Source of the DNA: Phoronis australis
Taxonomy: Eukaryota; Animalia; Phoronida
Direction: 5' to 3'
Length of the DNA stretch: 64,000 nt
Assembly (NCBI GenBank): GCA_002633005.1
Contig: NMRA01000006.1
Span: forward strand, 2,131,818 to 2,195,817
A program made the position numbers and the translations under genes. Under the pieces are notes generated by a model, which had not been told where the DNA came from, ran no database searches, and was given only the letters and a program-made list of their open reading frames with translations. Positions 25,801 through 38,339 of the stretch are shown piece by piece (positions within the stretch are counted from its first letter, which is position 1; every line of letters begins with the position of its first letter).

Positions 25801-28437
25801 TTCCATATGAACAATGGCCACTGTATACAAATCTCAAATTCAAACATTGTAGAAGGTGGACGGTAAAAAAATGGGAAATTCCCCTGCTTCAAATAACATC
25901 CGCTATTGAAACCCAGTAAAATTTCAGTACAGTGTGTACTTCAGTTAATAAAAACGCAAGCAGAATCTAACCAAACAGAACAAAATGAAAACAACACCAA
26001 CAGGAAAACAACACCAACAAAAGTTTTCCGCTCTACCATATAGAGCAAATACAGCATCAGACATCGGAAAATTGGCTTCGCACACCACTAGCTACCTGTC
26101 TTTGCGCTTTCTATCTTCCGCTGCCTGTCTACTTCGCTCTTCTTCAATCTTCTTCTGTTTCTCGTACTCAGCTTGCTCACGACGCTTCGCTTTCTCTTCT
26201 TCGAGCTTCTGTGTTTTTGCAAGCTCGTCAGCAATCTTTTCCATTTCCTGCTCCCGCCTTCTCTGTTCGGCGGCTTTCTGTTTCTTGCTCTTTGGCTTTG
26301 GCTGAAACGGATGAACGGCGCGCTATTAGTACACGAAGACGATGAAAGGTCAGAACAGACGCGCAAGGTTACTCCGACTAAACCCCAACAACTTACACTT
26401 TCGAATAATATATTACCACCACATGCACTCATGTAAGTTGTGGTTGGCCAATAAGTGACACGTCAAACAATGGCCTAACGGATAATTTCAGAAGTGTGAC
26501 CGGCATCATTTGTGGATGAATACTTTCATTGAATCACTGGTTAACTGTGTAGGGCCAGACAACACATCGAAACAGTGTTACAACTACATGTTAATGTGCA
26601 TAACAAGCTGAATTTATCTTCGTTATGAGCTTTTCTTTCACCAACGATATTTTCTAATAATACAACAAAAAAAAAACTGAGCCCATAGTTCAACGAGAAT
26701 TAACAGGGATTTAGTGCTTAAATTGGAAGCGTTGCACAAAAAGATCCCCACTTTTTTCAATAACATCAGAGATTCAACGGAGTTCACTCTCAATTTGAAT
26801 AAAAGACAATGATCAACTTAGTAGTGAAACATAGGAAAGGACGATCAGTGTTTTTACAAGTCCGCAAATACGTAGTAAATTTAGGGAACTTAAGTTTACT
26901 TTTGATGTTTGGCTGAATTGAAATCCAGTTAGCTGTTAAGACCAACACCTATTCCTGTAACATACTGACAGAGCGACACACGTGAAAATCCACCCCTCCC
27001 AAACATTGAAACAAATAAGGACCAAAAATGCGAACCTAACCAACACGTTCTCCAAACTGGCCCCCAGATTTGAGGCCCTGCAGGTCAACTGACCCGTAAC
27101 TATTTTTTTTTCAAAAACTATTCCCGACTATTGAGATTGTTTAGTCAATAGTAAAACCGTCTCCCTTACTGATGTAGGACACGAACACCTCCTTGAATAA
27201 TCTAACAATGGCAAAAACTTATGTTACGACACACCTCAAGTAATTTATAGCAGCACAGTCAATTCATGTGCAAACATGCAATTCACCACAACAGAGTCGT
27301 ATTACGCCCATTAACATCCATGAATTAGTGAAAAGGTTCTGTTCCCATAATAAATTATAATGAACAGAAGCAACTTAAGTTTTCTTACTTCCTTGCTTTC
27401 ACAAGGACCAGCGTACTTTTGGTGAAGGCCACGGAACCTCTAGAACATAGCCAGAGGTCGAGGTCAAAGCACCAGATTGAAAGAATCAATAGCAGTATTG
27501 ATGAAGTTGTATTCTAGTCTGAACTGTGGAGGTTCATATGTGTTGACTGGTGAGAGATGTTCAAGTCATTCAAACTGTGCAGGTGTTGCGAAAAGTCACC
27601 TTAGAAACAGGAACTTGGCTCGGAGTCTTGGCTTTTGATGCACCTGGTTTCTTACAGTCTCTTTTGATTGCGTCTCGTTCGTCTAAAAGATCGTCTTTCA
27701 ATTCAGCGAGCTACAAGCACACAGAAAAGCACTGCGTAGAGTCGATGCGTTCCCTGAAATTTCCCTCTTATGCAGAGCACAGCACCCTTCAACACTAAGG
27801 GGCCACACGAAATTAGACCAAAAATGACCACTGAAAGAGATTCACGGGCAAAACAATATGAGACTTAACTAAGAGAACAAATGGGATAACACATTTCCTG
27901 TTTGGACTCACGATTTTCTACAAAATGATTGCCCACAAAAAGTAGACATGTGGTAATTTTTGTTAACTATTGTTGCTAAGGTAGCAAAACAGAATGCATG
28001 AATGCGGTAAAGGACTGAAATATGAGGTGTTTAACCTGTATTTCTCGCAAGTAGTTACTCTTCTTAAAACTATACTTTTGTTTATTTCCACGACAGTAAT
28101 ACACGCACACTTGCAGTTTTGAAAGATATCAACAGTCACAATATTGCTGGTAGAGATGTGAACACCACTTTCAGTCAGCAAGGTTCAACATAAAAACAAC
28201 TGCCCTCACCTTCTCTTCTGAAAAGCCTTCGGGTACGCTGACACCGCTTTTCTGCGAATTTTGTATAATATCTACAAATGTGTCGAACTGTCTCTCTGCA
28301 GGATCTATGTCGTCGTCATCATCAATGTACATTTCATCACAGCCGCTAGCTAGAGGCAGCGGGCTGAAGACGACGGACACGCTCCTCTCTGACTTGTCAG
28401 AGAGTAGCTCATTCTCAAAGTGGTCGAAGAAAAGTCT
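12053..28437 (-). CDS. TNRC6: GW182/TNRC6 (Gawky) miRNA silencing effector, core 17 exons
   Basis: Minus-strand exons in 5'->3' order: 28210-28437, 27600-27710, 26096-26301, 25532-25658, 24778-24888, 23545-23698, 23009-23098, 20502-22393, 19911-19994, 17575-17688, 16867-17053, 16209-16415, 15535-15692, 14990-15145, 13068-13845, 12734-12798, 12053-12484. Phases are consistent. Motifs seen: YPPREVPPRF; GW/WG repeats with DDGTAVWG and NTGTAIWE; UBA; Q-rich region; PAM2 (PEFVPGQPWQG); RRM ([26 protein letters not shown]); C-terminal LIPGGLLG. The donor at 16208 is weak. Confidence 0.92.
13977..14642. mobile_element. PIF/Harbinger-like MITE
   Basis: CTG|AGGCCCGTTTC ... GAATCAGGCCT|CTG, with a 3-bp CTG duplication. 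Confidence 0.5.
15902..16056. repeat. 41-bp minisatellite, ~3.8 copies
   Basis: Unit CACGCTCGACGACCAACAAGGCATTGTTACAAGCTCGATAC starts at 15902, 15943, 15984 and 16025. Confidence 0.92.
16867..17053 (-). CDS. TNRC6: GW182 UBA-domain exon
   Basis: Reads RSRMIQLLMNLGVSKDQATAAIISNDMNLDNAI and continues as AEL in the next exon; canonical AG/GT boundaries. Confidence 0.88.
20502..22393 (-). CDS. TNRC6: GW182 large exon: GW/WG-repeat Argonaute-binding region
   Basis: 1,892-nt exon inside ORF 20448..22460. It has dense WG/GW dipeptides plus GWGATTVRQDTAW, NTGTAIWE and IDDGTAVWGNP motifs. Confidence 0.95.
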
Positions 28438-28595
28438 CTGTAATCATAAGATGCGTGCTACTTATTGGTCGTGGGAAAGATCTCAGAAGATGACATAAAA
28501 TAACCAATATGCATGGAAATGGGTGTGTAAGGAAAACACCAAATAAGACCAGAACTGAATTACGGACATACAAGAATCTTGCCAAGGAAGCTCAC

Positions 28596-28714
28596 GTGAC
28601 CAGGTGCTTCGCTTGTAATACATGGCAATATCTTACTATTGTGTTTTCGCGTGGTTCTCTCGTCTATGAACGTACACCAGATATATGATAAGTGGATGAG
28701 ATTTTCTTCAAATT
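28596..28714 (-). CDS. TNRC6: GW182 N-terminal extension exon following the J-like domain
   Basis: Acceptor tccttttcccacaactacag (phase 1), donor cac|gtgagc (phase 0). Reads EFEENLIHLSYIWCTFIDERTTRKHNSKILPCITSEAPGH in frame into exon 28210-28437. An alternative acceptor at 28761 and an in-frame ATG at 28742 also exist. Confidence 0.7.
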
Positions 28715-29990
28715 CTGTAGTTGTGGGAAAAGGACATGCCATGTTTCTTATTTTAGATCCCTAAGCAACTCCAGTCTTTTCAGAATTCATCAAATAATTT
28801 TTTAACAGTCAACCCCTAAGTAGCAACTGGTGAGTTGGGTGAAATCTGAGGTGGCCAATTCAAAGGTGAGATCACAAAATGTTTTCGTTCAGCCAACATT
28901 TGACAAGCGTTTATCCTCAAGGTAGTTGGAATTCATTCTTCTTGGACATTATTTTTGTAAAATGCTTAGAAGAGGGCAACGAGAAAAGAACGTGGTTAAG
29001 GTAATTCTTCACATATTCAGCACACAATACGGCCGACAAGTGAAATTCTATTTTGACAAAGTTCTCCACAAAAATAAAGATTAAGGAGATGTTGGTCCAT
29101 TACCAGAACGGATAGTATTGTGCAGGGTCATAAAACAACATTTGGTAAAGTTTCCATGGTAACCAGTCTTAGGAAATTGGTAAAATGAAAATTTTCGCAA
29201 CCAATTTAGTGCGTAATAAATGCAGAACTACCATACCAGGAAGGTCTCAACAGCTTGTGAGGTAGGTAAGACTGGCTTCAATTATCCCTGCTATAGAGCA
29301 AGAGGAAATAGGGAATTGCTTTTACCATTATTGAATCCCAATAATGTGCCACCTTACACTAGTACAATTATACAGCAACTAAGACCCTCATTTCTTGCAC
29401 ATGAATTCTTGGTAAATTAGGCAATGTGGTGGAACATGGGCTAACGAGAGTTCACCACTATTTCACAAGTATTGATTCCTTTCAATTCTTTGAATGTCAG
29501 TTGAAACTGCAGGTGTGTTTTGAAAATAAATGCAGATATAGCGCAAGGTCACTGTAGTCACTACTGGTCAAAGTTAATGCCAGTTTCAGCATCTTTCAAA
29601 GTACCTCCCAGCTACACCAGCTTTATGTTGCCTAGCAACCACTGGCAATGGCAGCAGTTGCTAGGTTTCACTAATACTGGATAACCCATCACTACTGAAC
29701 ATCTAGTTGTCAAAGCAATTCATAGCAAAGATGAAAAAATAGCAACTTTGTCCGTTTTGTAAACAAACTGTTAAACAAATTTTTACCAACATGTTTAGCT
29801 CCTTGGAGATACTACTTGGAAGTTTGCCCAAGAAAATAAGTTGTGATGGCTTGAATGTTAAACAAATACGTTCAGTTAACTTACATTCGAAAGTCGATAT
29901 TAAACAAAATGCGAAAACGTACCAGATCACAGTCTTCTTTTTTATACTGTTTGATACCTGAAACAAGAGTAGTAACAAGGTACCTAAACT

Positions 29991-30162
29991 ACACGGTCAA
30001 CGGACTCATAAACACGACTCACGGACCTGCAAACACCGTCCACTGACTCACAAACACGGGAACGGACTCACAAAACACGATCCACGCACCCAAATACACG
30101 GGACACGGACTCATATTCACGAGGAAACATGGTTAACGGACCGCCAAACACGGGTCACGGAC
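29991..30162. repeat. Degenerate ~21-bp minisatellite
   Basis: Recurring AAACACGGNNCACGGACTCA-like units. Confidence 0.7.
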
Positions 30163-33100
30163 AAAATGAAGATGTCAGCNTCCAGGCTGAAAGTTGGTTT
30201 CAAGATGGGAGTAACACTGAACTGCCAAGGAAAGATAACTAGCACAGCAGCTGCTCTGAGCATGAAAAAAGTTAAATAGGTCAACGAAAAGGTCAAACTG
30301 CTGATAACTGAAGCAGGCTGTCTGAATGCAGAGCCATACATATTGATTATCTGGGCTGGCTGCAGCACACAGCACAGTCAGTGGGCTGAACAACAAGCAT
30401 AATAAGCCAACTTCAGGGACATTCTCAGCCTACAGTAGACACAATAGCACCACAGGAGTTTCTTTCAATGGTACAATATACACCAACACAAGTAGGGCTA
30501 GGAAACCACAACAGCACCTGGACCATGTAACAGTATCTTTATGAACAAATTTAACTTGGCCTGATGTAAAGTAATACATGCAGGGCAAACAAACATCTGA
30601 TCACATGGTTCTGTTGGCGACTGGCATGTTCATCTGGTCCTTCAAAATATTGGGCAACAGCACAAGGGATTCCTCCCACAGATGAGTTATTAGGGTATGT
30701 GCTTAACAGCAGCTAAATATAGACAAAGCTGACCACAATGTTTGCCTGTGGATGGGGAGGACCACTCTAATAGACTAAACAAGCACTGGTGGACAATATA
30801 TACATGATCATTTTTTACAGTAAATTAGCCAGCTGGTCAGCTGAGAACACCAACATTGATGACATAAATCGAGAAATCACTATACAAACTTCCCACTGGT
30901 CCTACGCAAAGTTCCACAGACACAAGACATTAGCCATTGGGGGATTTGCTGCGAGAATATTCACCTTATGGAATGGAAATGGAGAATTTTAACCCACAAT
31001 TCCATGTTCCAACCAATCATTTGAGGCTATGCCATTAAAAGTTTGCCTATCACTCCTGAGGTCTTTTGTGATGCCGTTCTCTCGCAAGAAATTTGTTCCA
31101 CGGAAGGCAACTCTAGTGCCAGGGTTAAACTAGACAAGTTTTCTCAATGTTGTAGAAAAGTTGAGGAAACAGTATTCCCACAAGCAATGGTAAATTAGTC
31201 AACCAAAAAAAAACAAGCCAGAGACGGCCTTTGATGCCTCCCCTATGAAAAATATATATATACATTTAAAATCACACGCAATTCCCCTAGACAGGCCCAA
31301 AACTGCCCTCAAAGTGAGAAAAGCTTATGCAAAATGTTAGTCTAGTCAAGTCCCCTACACAAAAAATTCCCTCTCATAAGGCACAGGCTCCTTTTCCCTC
31401 AAGTGAGCGAGGGTCCCGAGAGCATTTATCTCAATAACATGACTACTTTGATGATTTATTTCACCTGAAAGCAACAATTACTGAGTGTTGAACAAATACA
31501 ATAACTGCATTGCAACAAAATATATAGAGCATTTTCTACTTGAAAAGCATGGACATTACTGTTTGTACCCTTTGACATTGCCCATCAGATACTATGATCT
31601 TAGAAGACACTGCTCAAACAACCACATATTCAACATAACTGTTTCCACCAAAACCACTTCTTGGAATACGATAACTGCTTTCTACATTCCAGCGATATTT
31701 ACCAACAACAGCCGTGCCCCACGGGAGTGGCACTCTGTTCCCCTCCTAATCACTATTTAGAATTAAAATTAAACTGCTCCTTGCCATTCAAATGCCAATA
31801 ACATTTGCTATATATAGCATTACAACTTACAATACAGACGTGAAAAAGTTGGAATGATGAGCCACTTGGCTCACAAGTGTGTAACTGTTACCAGCCCTAC
31901 CATTTGAAAACTAGGTCAATCATATCATGCGTCTCTTGGCGATGGCAAATGAGAAGAGTTGAAACCAGGAGGTAGGTATAAATACAACCAGTCAGGTAAC
32001 ACACCTTAACTGTAGCAAATGGACAGGTGTTTGCATGTTTAGTAGCCAGAGAAAACAACACACCAGCGGAACGCTACAATGAACTCCGGAGACACGGAGC
32101 TGTTTTGCTTAACATGGCTTCAACAATGAACATGTATGGATTTAACTCAGCGGTGTATATAATCTATAATTCAAGCAAGGTGGGCTATCTAATAATTGCA
32201 ATGGTCACAGGCGATCAATACCAGCACCCTTTAGTATGGGATGTAGAAAAAGAGGCAAGGCTCAACCATTAACAAACATAACACTGGAAATTCAACTTGG
32301 TTCATTTACAAGTAGGTAACAAATGTGTGCAAACCCAGGGTCGTAAACAATTACCAGAGGATTATGTACAAAGAACTGCTACTGGGCAGGCTGAAATCTA
32401 TACAATCCAGCTCAAGTCTCATTATAGTTGTTCACTGCCTCGTAAAGAATTAAAGACTGAACAATGCCAGTTTACAAGCAAATAAGTGTAATACCACTTG
32501 GACAAGCCTTGCTACTAGCTGTCAACTAGAGGGGAAGCCATTCAAATCATGGAGTCCATACTTAACAGCAAAAATAGTGTGCTGTAATTATAGTAATTAC
32601 TGGTCTTATTCAGCTACTTCTGAGCAAGTTCAGTTCAGTCTGGACACAACGCACAAGTGTCAGTGCTCCAACAAACAGACGCAATACAAGGACAAAAATC
32701 TATATTTGAAGCTCCAAATGCTAGAGATAATGGTCAAAGGACGCAAAGATTACTGTCAACTACAACTGGTGGTATCAAACTAACACTGACACACTGCTGT
32801 CTCTGTTATCACTTGTCTGATAATTAGAAGTCAAAGTCTGCTCACTAACAGGTAAAAACACCATTAGCCACCAGAACACATAAACTTTCGAGACCAATCC
32901 GAAAATGATTAAAAACAGCAAACAAGAAAACATTTTCAACTATATAACTTCAAAAATAAAATGAGATTTGTTCATAAGTTTGACAAACACACATATCCCA
33001 TGGGAGCCAAAATCCAAAAATGGCAATTTCGGACCTTTTCATTTTTCAGAAGGCTTTGCCAATACTTCCAATTTTCAACACAGCAACGACAATTTTTAAG

Positions 33101-34207
33101 TTTGTAAAGGATTAATTAGCAGGTACTTGTCTTCTATGAAAAAAATAGAGAATAAAATTTCTCTTGTCCTCCATACTTAATAGGCGAGATGTCACTGAGC
33201 GAGAAGACCCAAGTAACCATGTAATAGCCCTACACGGAGCGAACAAAATGCACAAGTGAACCTGCTTTGAAAAGTCTGGCACTTCTGAGTCAAATTAAAC
33301 AACAATACGACTGAGTGGACTGCATATTCGCGGACATTTGTCTAAGCCAACCAAACTTCTTGCTGTTGGTAAATTGCGACTAACTGTGCAACGGCCATCC
33401 ATACACAGACTTACCCTAGAACGAAGTTACTCCTGAAACAAGCCGACGCTAGGTTTGGGGGCTGTTTGGACATTATTTAAGCTGGTGCAACTTGCCCCAT
33501 CATGGTAGGGTAACTTGTTCTAGAATAACTTGCACCACTTCAAATTGCTGAGTGGTCGTAAAAATGACACAAGCCGTAATTATCAGCTGCCAGCTTATGC
33601 CGTTATATACATACGCGTCTTCTTTTTCACGGCGTATTCACATCAGCCACTCATTGTCATGCACAGAACGACAACTTCTGCCTTGCACCAATCATCAAAT
33701 ACATGTGACTGGACACTCTGCTTAAAGCGGGAAAGTTGCTCCAGTGCAAGTTGTTCTATTGTAAAACTGTGTAATGGACGGGACTTAAAATTGGCAATAA
33801 GCATTGAGAAGTAGTAACAATTTCAATTAAAGGGACCATGATGCCTCGACTAGGCAAAAATTACCTTCCAATGACTAAAAAATTCCCATTCAGTTTAGAA
33901 TCACCTTTACTCACATTCGCAGCTGAATTGATAATGACAGTTGATGGGTATTTTCTCCTCGTCCAAAGAGAATCCCCACACAGAGGGAAAAAGACAACAT
34001 TACGCTCAGGTGAGAGAAGTCCCAGAGCGACCACCACAGCAACACTAGCGGATGCACTGCATTGTTGACAAGGAGAGAGAAATTACAGACGTTTGATATT
34101 TTGGACAGGGGCCATTGATTACCATCTGCCACTTCATGCACACAAGTGATACTGACACACAGAGAAAAAAAACTGGAAATAGCGATGACCAATAAAATTG
34201 AACATAC

Positions 34208-34259
34208 CTGAACAAATATATCTGAAGGCAAGGGATATCTCTTTGAATCTGTCTGGATT
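34208..34259 (-). CDS. J-domain-like helix III exon, probably part of the GW182 N-terminus
   Basis: ttttcag|...|gtatgt boundaries; reads NPDRFKEISLAFRYICS, similar to the DnaJ consensus EKFKEISEAYEVLS; phase 0 to phase 1. Confidence 0.75.
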
Positions 34260-35690
34260 CTGAAAACAGAAAGGTAAGACAAATACAAATGCAGTATACA
34301 TTGTGCTAAAACACAACACCAGAAGCCAGTCACCAGGGAAATGCCCAGGTACACAAACCAACCTGCATCTAATTAGGCGTTCAATCGGCAGTAAGGTCAA
34401 TAACTCCGAACTGGTTAGGGAGATGCTACACAAACTAACAACATCCGGCCCAAGACCTGACCGACAGACTTAGGTACATGTACTAGCTCGGAAAGGTGTG
34501 TAATCGTCGCACAATTATAAAGCAGCAATTAAATGGTGGCCCGTCATCTCATGGTAATTATCACGCATTAAGACCAGTTAATGTATACCAGAGGGATGCC
34601 TAACTAGGAAGTTTGACACGACCAAAATACAGGTGAGCGCACTGGGACAGGACACAGCTAATGACAGATAAGCGAACACTACATAGTTTTCCAGGAATCG
34701 ACAAAAGCGAGTAAATGCTAGAGAATGAGAGCGAAAAAACCAAGGTATAATTGACTTAACTTGTATCACGCATACGTGCACCTGACTGCTGGTGGTTTTT
34801 ATTGGTTGCCCCTTTTTACGAGCCTAAATTTGGAAAGACGAGTGCAAATATGACATCACTTGTATTTTTAAGCAAACATTTTTTTCTGTGTCAAGCGCTG
34901 CTTTTCTAAGTCCTCACTCAACAAAAATCTATAGACCCTGATTTTCTGTTATCAAAAATTAAAATCCATTTCTTTCCGTTTTGTAAATTAGATAATTCTG
35001 TCTTAGCATTCCCAGGTAAGATATAATATGAAAATATTTATGTCACAACTCTGCTTTAAATACTGATAATTTGCTACAAGCCATGTTCATTGTCCCTCAA
35101 AACAGGAGAAAAAGTGCCAGCTACAGAAAGAAAAAATAACTACTTAAGTGTGTCCACTAAAAACGGCCATTGATGGATTCATGACACAAATTGGCATCAG
35201 GTCATGAATTTGATAGATTAAGTTCATAATTTTTGGTAATTAAAAGCTAAAATTATCACAATTCTGGAATCTACTACTGAAATACGTAAATTCTGTTTCC
35301 AAGTATCTGTAAAAACAAGTTCAGTGCGTAAATTCAGTTCGTTTTCGTTGTCATGCAAAATCAAGGTCTCTAAAAATCCAAACAAGCCCCTTGAATTTTA
35401 ACATGGTAAACATGCTTATTCGCAAAAACAACTATAGTTGCACAATTCGTTCACTTGCACTAACAGTTTTATAGCAAAAGTATCAAAATTAATTCGACAC
35501 TTCATAAAAAGTGGAGTAGAAAAAAAAATCGTCTCGCCAGTCATGGCTCATGAGTCAATTGGCAGAGATCCTTTCAGACGTGGCTCAATGTTTCTTCACA
35601 ATATTCCTTTTATTCTTTCGCAGCACAGCTCAACACCATGCATGAAGTACTTTAGTTTCCTTCATCAATGTGAGACGCAAGACGAATTAT

Positions 35691-35810
35691 GGTAATGGTC
35701 TGATACAACGTGGCCGAATTTTGAGAACTAGTTTTCTCAACTGAAAAACAGGCATCAAGCTGGTTCTCAAAATACGGGCACGTTTTATCAGATTGTTGCC
35801 CGAATTCTCA
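35691..35810. mobile_element. Short fold-back MITE
   Basis: ~41-bp imperfect inverted arms TCTGATACAACGTGGCCGAATTTTGAGAAC / GTTCTCAAAATACGGGCACGTTTTATCAGA. Confidence 0.55.
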
Positions 35811-36331
35811 CACTGGAATCATTCAGGAACTGGGTCATGATTCAACCTGCATTTCTCAAAGCAGACAACACATCTATTAAGTCAGAGTGTATTCAAAATA
35901 AGAATATCTAGCAGGGATCAGGAACCAGTGAGGTGATTTTACCTTTTAGGATTTGTGAACTCTGTGCACACGAAACCATAACGCTCAAGAGCACAAGTAT
36001 GTAACAGCATGCTGACTATAGATAAATACATTCTGCTGCGACTGAATCCATCAGGTAACTGGCAAGACCCTGGCAATGCTGGTAGTTAAAACTATCTGTT
36101 CCTGCTGACAATTATTGTGACCAGGCACGCAAATAGGTCACATGAAGATATAACAAGAAGGGTAAAACAGACAGGAGTGAGATTTTCCAAACTACACCGT
36201 AATAGAAACCTGGCATATTTTTTAACCTAGCTGGCCACACGCCAAGCCTGAAACTCAACTGGAGTGGCATTCCTTGCTTACACCCGTTAAGAATGTACCA
36301 TGCAATAGTCTTCACAAACAAGGAAACTTAC

Positions 36332-36399
36332 CCTAGATTCCAAGTCGTTGTATGGGTGATATTTCAGAGCAAAATGCCGATAAGCTTGCTCCGCCTCAC
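36332..36399 (-). CDS. J-domain-like helix II/HPD-loop exon, probably part of the GW182 N-terminus
   Basis: tttacag|...|gtaagt boundaries; reads EAEQAYRHFALKYHPYNDLESR, similar to the DnaJ consensus EIKKAYRKLALKYHPDKN; phase 1 to phase 0. Confidence 0.8.
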
Positions 36400-38290
36400 C
36401 TGTAAAGGTATGGAGAGTTAAACAGGGTTAAGGGAAAAGTTAACACTGCGCCTGATAAAGTGAGATAACCACATCACAATTGGTGTTGACCACCATGGTT
36501 AGAATCCAGGTACAAGAACCAATGTGTAAACAGGTATCATTCACAGATAACAACATACGGTAATACTGGACATTTTAAGAAATAGTGATGCAGGTATACA
36601 TATATATGTGTGTGTGTGTGCCTGTGAGTGTAAGTGTTGGTTGGCAGAAAGTGTGCTGAGCAAACACCAATAGGTAAACAAAACACAGTCCATATTGGGA
36701 AGTGTGAATAGGGAGTTATGAGCCTAATACTTGTAGACACACAATGAAACCATTTCACAGCTGTCACCCACCATGCAGACTGGCAAAGAAACTGGTAATG
36801 AAGTAGTAGCTGTATAGTGACTGCGGGTAATTCTAGGTCTGGTAATGGAATATGGTCTGGGCAACTAAAATTCACATTTATCGATTAAAGCTGTCCAGTC
36901 AATCCTTGCAATTAACAACACATAAAAACTGACACATAAAAACTGACATTCAAAACCACAGCTTTACTCAACACAATACACAAAATCCCAGCCGCAGTAA
37001 TAAATTTAAATGAGCCTTGTTATCTATTTATAGTTTACTGATCCAAAAAATAATTTCACTGACCTAGTCTAGGGTAACGTTTTATGATGCTGATTCAACA
37101 TAAATCAATGCGTTTTCTCATTTCACACAATCTTCCTTCTAAAGTGAAGGAGCTGGTGGAAGCCAACTGATTTGAATCCCCAAAGCATCATAGTAAAAAT
37201 AACAGCTTTTAATTTAAATAACACCAGTCTGACTATCCAGATTGAATTTGTTGTCAATGAACTGTTGAGTTGAATGTGTTCATATATCTCCTCTTAAAGC
37301 TTAAACACTTCCAAGCAAAATACTTAACATCAAGGTGAATTCAAAGTCACACATTAATGTTCAGAGACCTAAATGAAATTAGTTTTTCGCCATCAAAATT
37401 CAATGCAGTCGAATGTTTCACACTAGTTTCAAATACGGATCAATACAGAGTTAAATTGTCACATCTTTTAGAATTTAAACCAAACCCAAATTTAATCAGA
37501 TAAATCTCAGAACATTAAAGTCTTGCTCGAATAATTAAGATTTTTAACACTCTTTCATGCACTCACCACAGTTATTGTAAATTTATAATTGAATTCTTCA
37601 ATTTTCAAAATCTTAAAAATTTGAAAACCGCTTTTCTTGAAATGAAAAATCAGTTATACAGCAGAAATTCAAACTATGGAACATTCTGAACCAAATCAAT
37701 AGCACACAAATTAAACGGAAGATGACTATTGTGCAGTCAATACCTAATGCATATTTTGTGCAGGGCATCAGCACAGTCAGAGAGGCAGCCATTTTGAATA
37801 ATTAATAAGGTCTTGTGGTTAAATGTATGTTGGATGTTTTGATACAATAAGTCAACTAAAATTTCACCAGTTCGAATCAAATGTGGACACAACCTTTCAA
37901 ATTACTTCGGGCGCTATACATAAGTCAAGTTCAGTTGTTCCAAGCACGCTAATTGACGCCACAAAAACTTCGCCCAGTTTGTGGACGACGAATCGAAAAC
38001 GAGTCGTCGACTTCCAATCTCTAACTCAGCTCAGGAAAATTGCAGCTTGTTCATACCTAAGACTTAATGTATAATCATATTATTAATTACTGCAAACGAT
38101 ATAACAACCTAATCATACGCGACACACATCAATTCCAAAGATTAAGTAATAAAATAACGCACACTAAAAATAAATTACACGGAAATTTTTCCCTTCGTCA
38201 ACTGGCTAAGAGGAATTTTGCAACGAGTACCTGCTGCCAGCAATCATTAAAGGCAAGATAGATGAGTATTATGATAACAAAATTACTCAC

Positions 38291-38339
38291 CCGATACACA
38301 AAATACTTCTGAGAATTCTCTATATACAAAATTGAGCAC
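38291..38339 (-). CDS. Candidate upstream exon of the J-like/GW182 gene
   Basis: atccag|...|gtgagt boundaries, 49 nt, ending in phase 1 as required; reads VLNFVYREFSEVFCVS. No recognisable motif. Confidence 0.3.
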
